DNA of 64,000 bases from Neoconidiobolus thromboides FSU 785 (taxonomy: Eukaryota; Fungi; Entomophthoromycota): assembly GCA_025603075.1 (NCBI GenBank), contig MU626363.1:1-64000 (forward strand), read 5' to 3'. The notes under the pieces are model-generated. The model saw only the letters and a list, made by a program, of their open reading frames with translations. It searched no databases and was not told the DNA's origin. A program made the position numbers and the translations under genes. Positions 62,575 through 64,000 of this stretch are shown piece by piece. Position 1 is the first letter of the stretch, and each line of letters begins with the position of its first letter.

Positions 62575-64000
62575 CTAAGCATTGTTAGTTGTATTTTGAT
62601 TTTGCTTATCAGTGGAGAATGATCTGGAATGGGAGGACATAGATTTGCGAGAACGACGTAAAGCAGAGAATACTTTATTTTTACGTTGAACATCACGACC
62701 AACAGACTCCCAAATCATTTGTTCTCTACTAACAAGTGGGGTACGGTATTGTCCTTCATCGGAACTAAAATCAGGTAGTAAACGAAGTACTAAGCCAACT
62801 GGGAGGGAAAGGGACCCAATAAGAATGGAGATGAACCATTGATAGGCAGTAAGTGGAACAGTTGAGAAGGCAGCACCACCAAACAAAACTAAAATAATTT
62901 GTCCAACAACCACAACTACTTGCACCAATACAAAAATTTGGTTATGAGTAATGTTTTGTAACACGTTGACTTCATCATTGATACGGCGACAATTTAACTC
63001 ATTGAATACTTGCAAAAAGACAAATGCGTTGAATACACAAGTACGAAGAACTGCTTCGCCATCTGGACTACCAATATCAATTTGAAGTAGCTTATCTCCA
63101 AAGTAAATAAAGGCGAGATTAATACAAACTAAAGATTAATATTATAATTTAAAAAGTAATAATAAAACAAACTTACTTTGGAAAATTGCTTGCCCAAAAA
63201 TATGTTTCCACATTTTATTGGTAATTAATGGTGCTTTGCGATCAGTTGGGAGAGATTCTAAAAGTTCATCAGTTGGTGGCTCAGTAGCTAATGCAAGTGC
63301 AGCAAGGGTATCCATAATGAGATTGACCTTAAAAATTAGTAAATATATGTAGCAATTAAAATGAAGCTTACCCAAAGAAGTTGAACAGAGGTTAAAATAG
63401 ATTCATTATTAGAGTTGGTAAGTGCAGAAATAAAGGCCAATATTACGGCAGTAATGTTAACTGTAAGTTGGAATTGTAAAAATTTACGTACGCCTTGGTT
63501 TACTGCACGACCCCATTTCATTGCCTTAACAATAGAATTGAAGTTGTCATCCATAAGGATAATAGCTGAGGCTTCTTTAGCTACTTCAGTTCCAGCAATA
63601 CCCATTGAAAATCCTACATCTGCCATCTTGAGCGCTGGTCCATCATTAGTACCATCGCCAGTCATTGCAACGACATCTCCAAGTTTTTGAAGAGTACGGA
63701 CAACAATTTGTTTATCTGAAGGAGAAGATCTAGCCAAAACTTGTAATCTAGGAACAGTTTCAGCTAATTGGCTTTCATTAAGTTTACGTAATTCAGGACC
63801 AGTCATAACAGTACCACCCTTAGAATAGATACCAGCTTTGGTAGCAATAGCTTTGGCAGTTTCAAGATTGTCACCAGTAATCATTTTAACGTATACACCA
63901 GCATCACGACATTTAGTAACAGAGTCTTTAACTCCATCACGTAATGGATCCTCAATACCAACAATACCGATCATTACTAATTTTTCAAGTGGTGCTTCCT
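62575..64000 (-). CDS. PMC1: P-type IIB Ca2+-ATPase, 3' part (5' end lies beyond the window)
   Basis: GIEDPLR, MITGDN, LARSSPSDK, TGDGTNDGPALK, KFLQFQLTVN, NLIMDTLAALALATE. Confidence 0.95.

Overview
Very AT-rich eukaryotic (fungal) genomic DNA with short GT-AG introns of about 50-60 bp and one 474-N assembly gap (17936-18409). The gene set and intron style suggest an early-diverging fungus, possibly Entomophthorales; this is inference. The left ~53 kb is gene-sparse and accessory-like. It holds a broken Sola2-like DDD transposase at the left edge, about 29 copies (counted by eye) of a ~99-bp TIR element with 4-bp target-site duplications (TSDs; includes nested, head-to-head and chimeric copies), an MFS transporter with a truncated pseudogene paralog, a trypsin, and two paralogous secreted proteins built from a 63-68-aa six-cysteine repeat I cannot assign to a known family. 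Housekeeping genes occupy the right part: LAG1-type ceramide synthase, GCD2, FLX1-type carrier, TGL2-like lipase, ABHD4/5-type hydrolase, PTC7, S28 peptidase, an LRR protein and partial PMC1. All gene models, counts and family assignments were made by eye without database searches.
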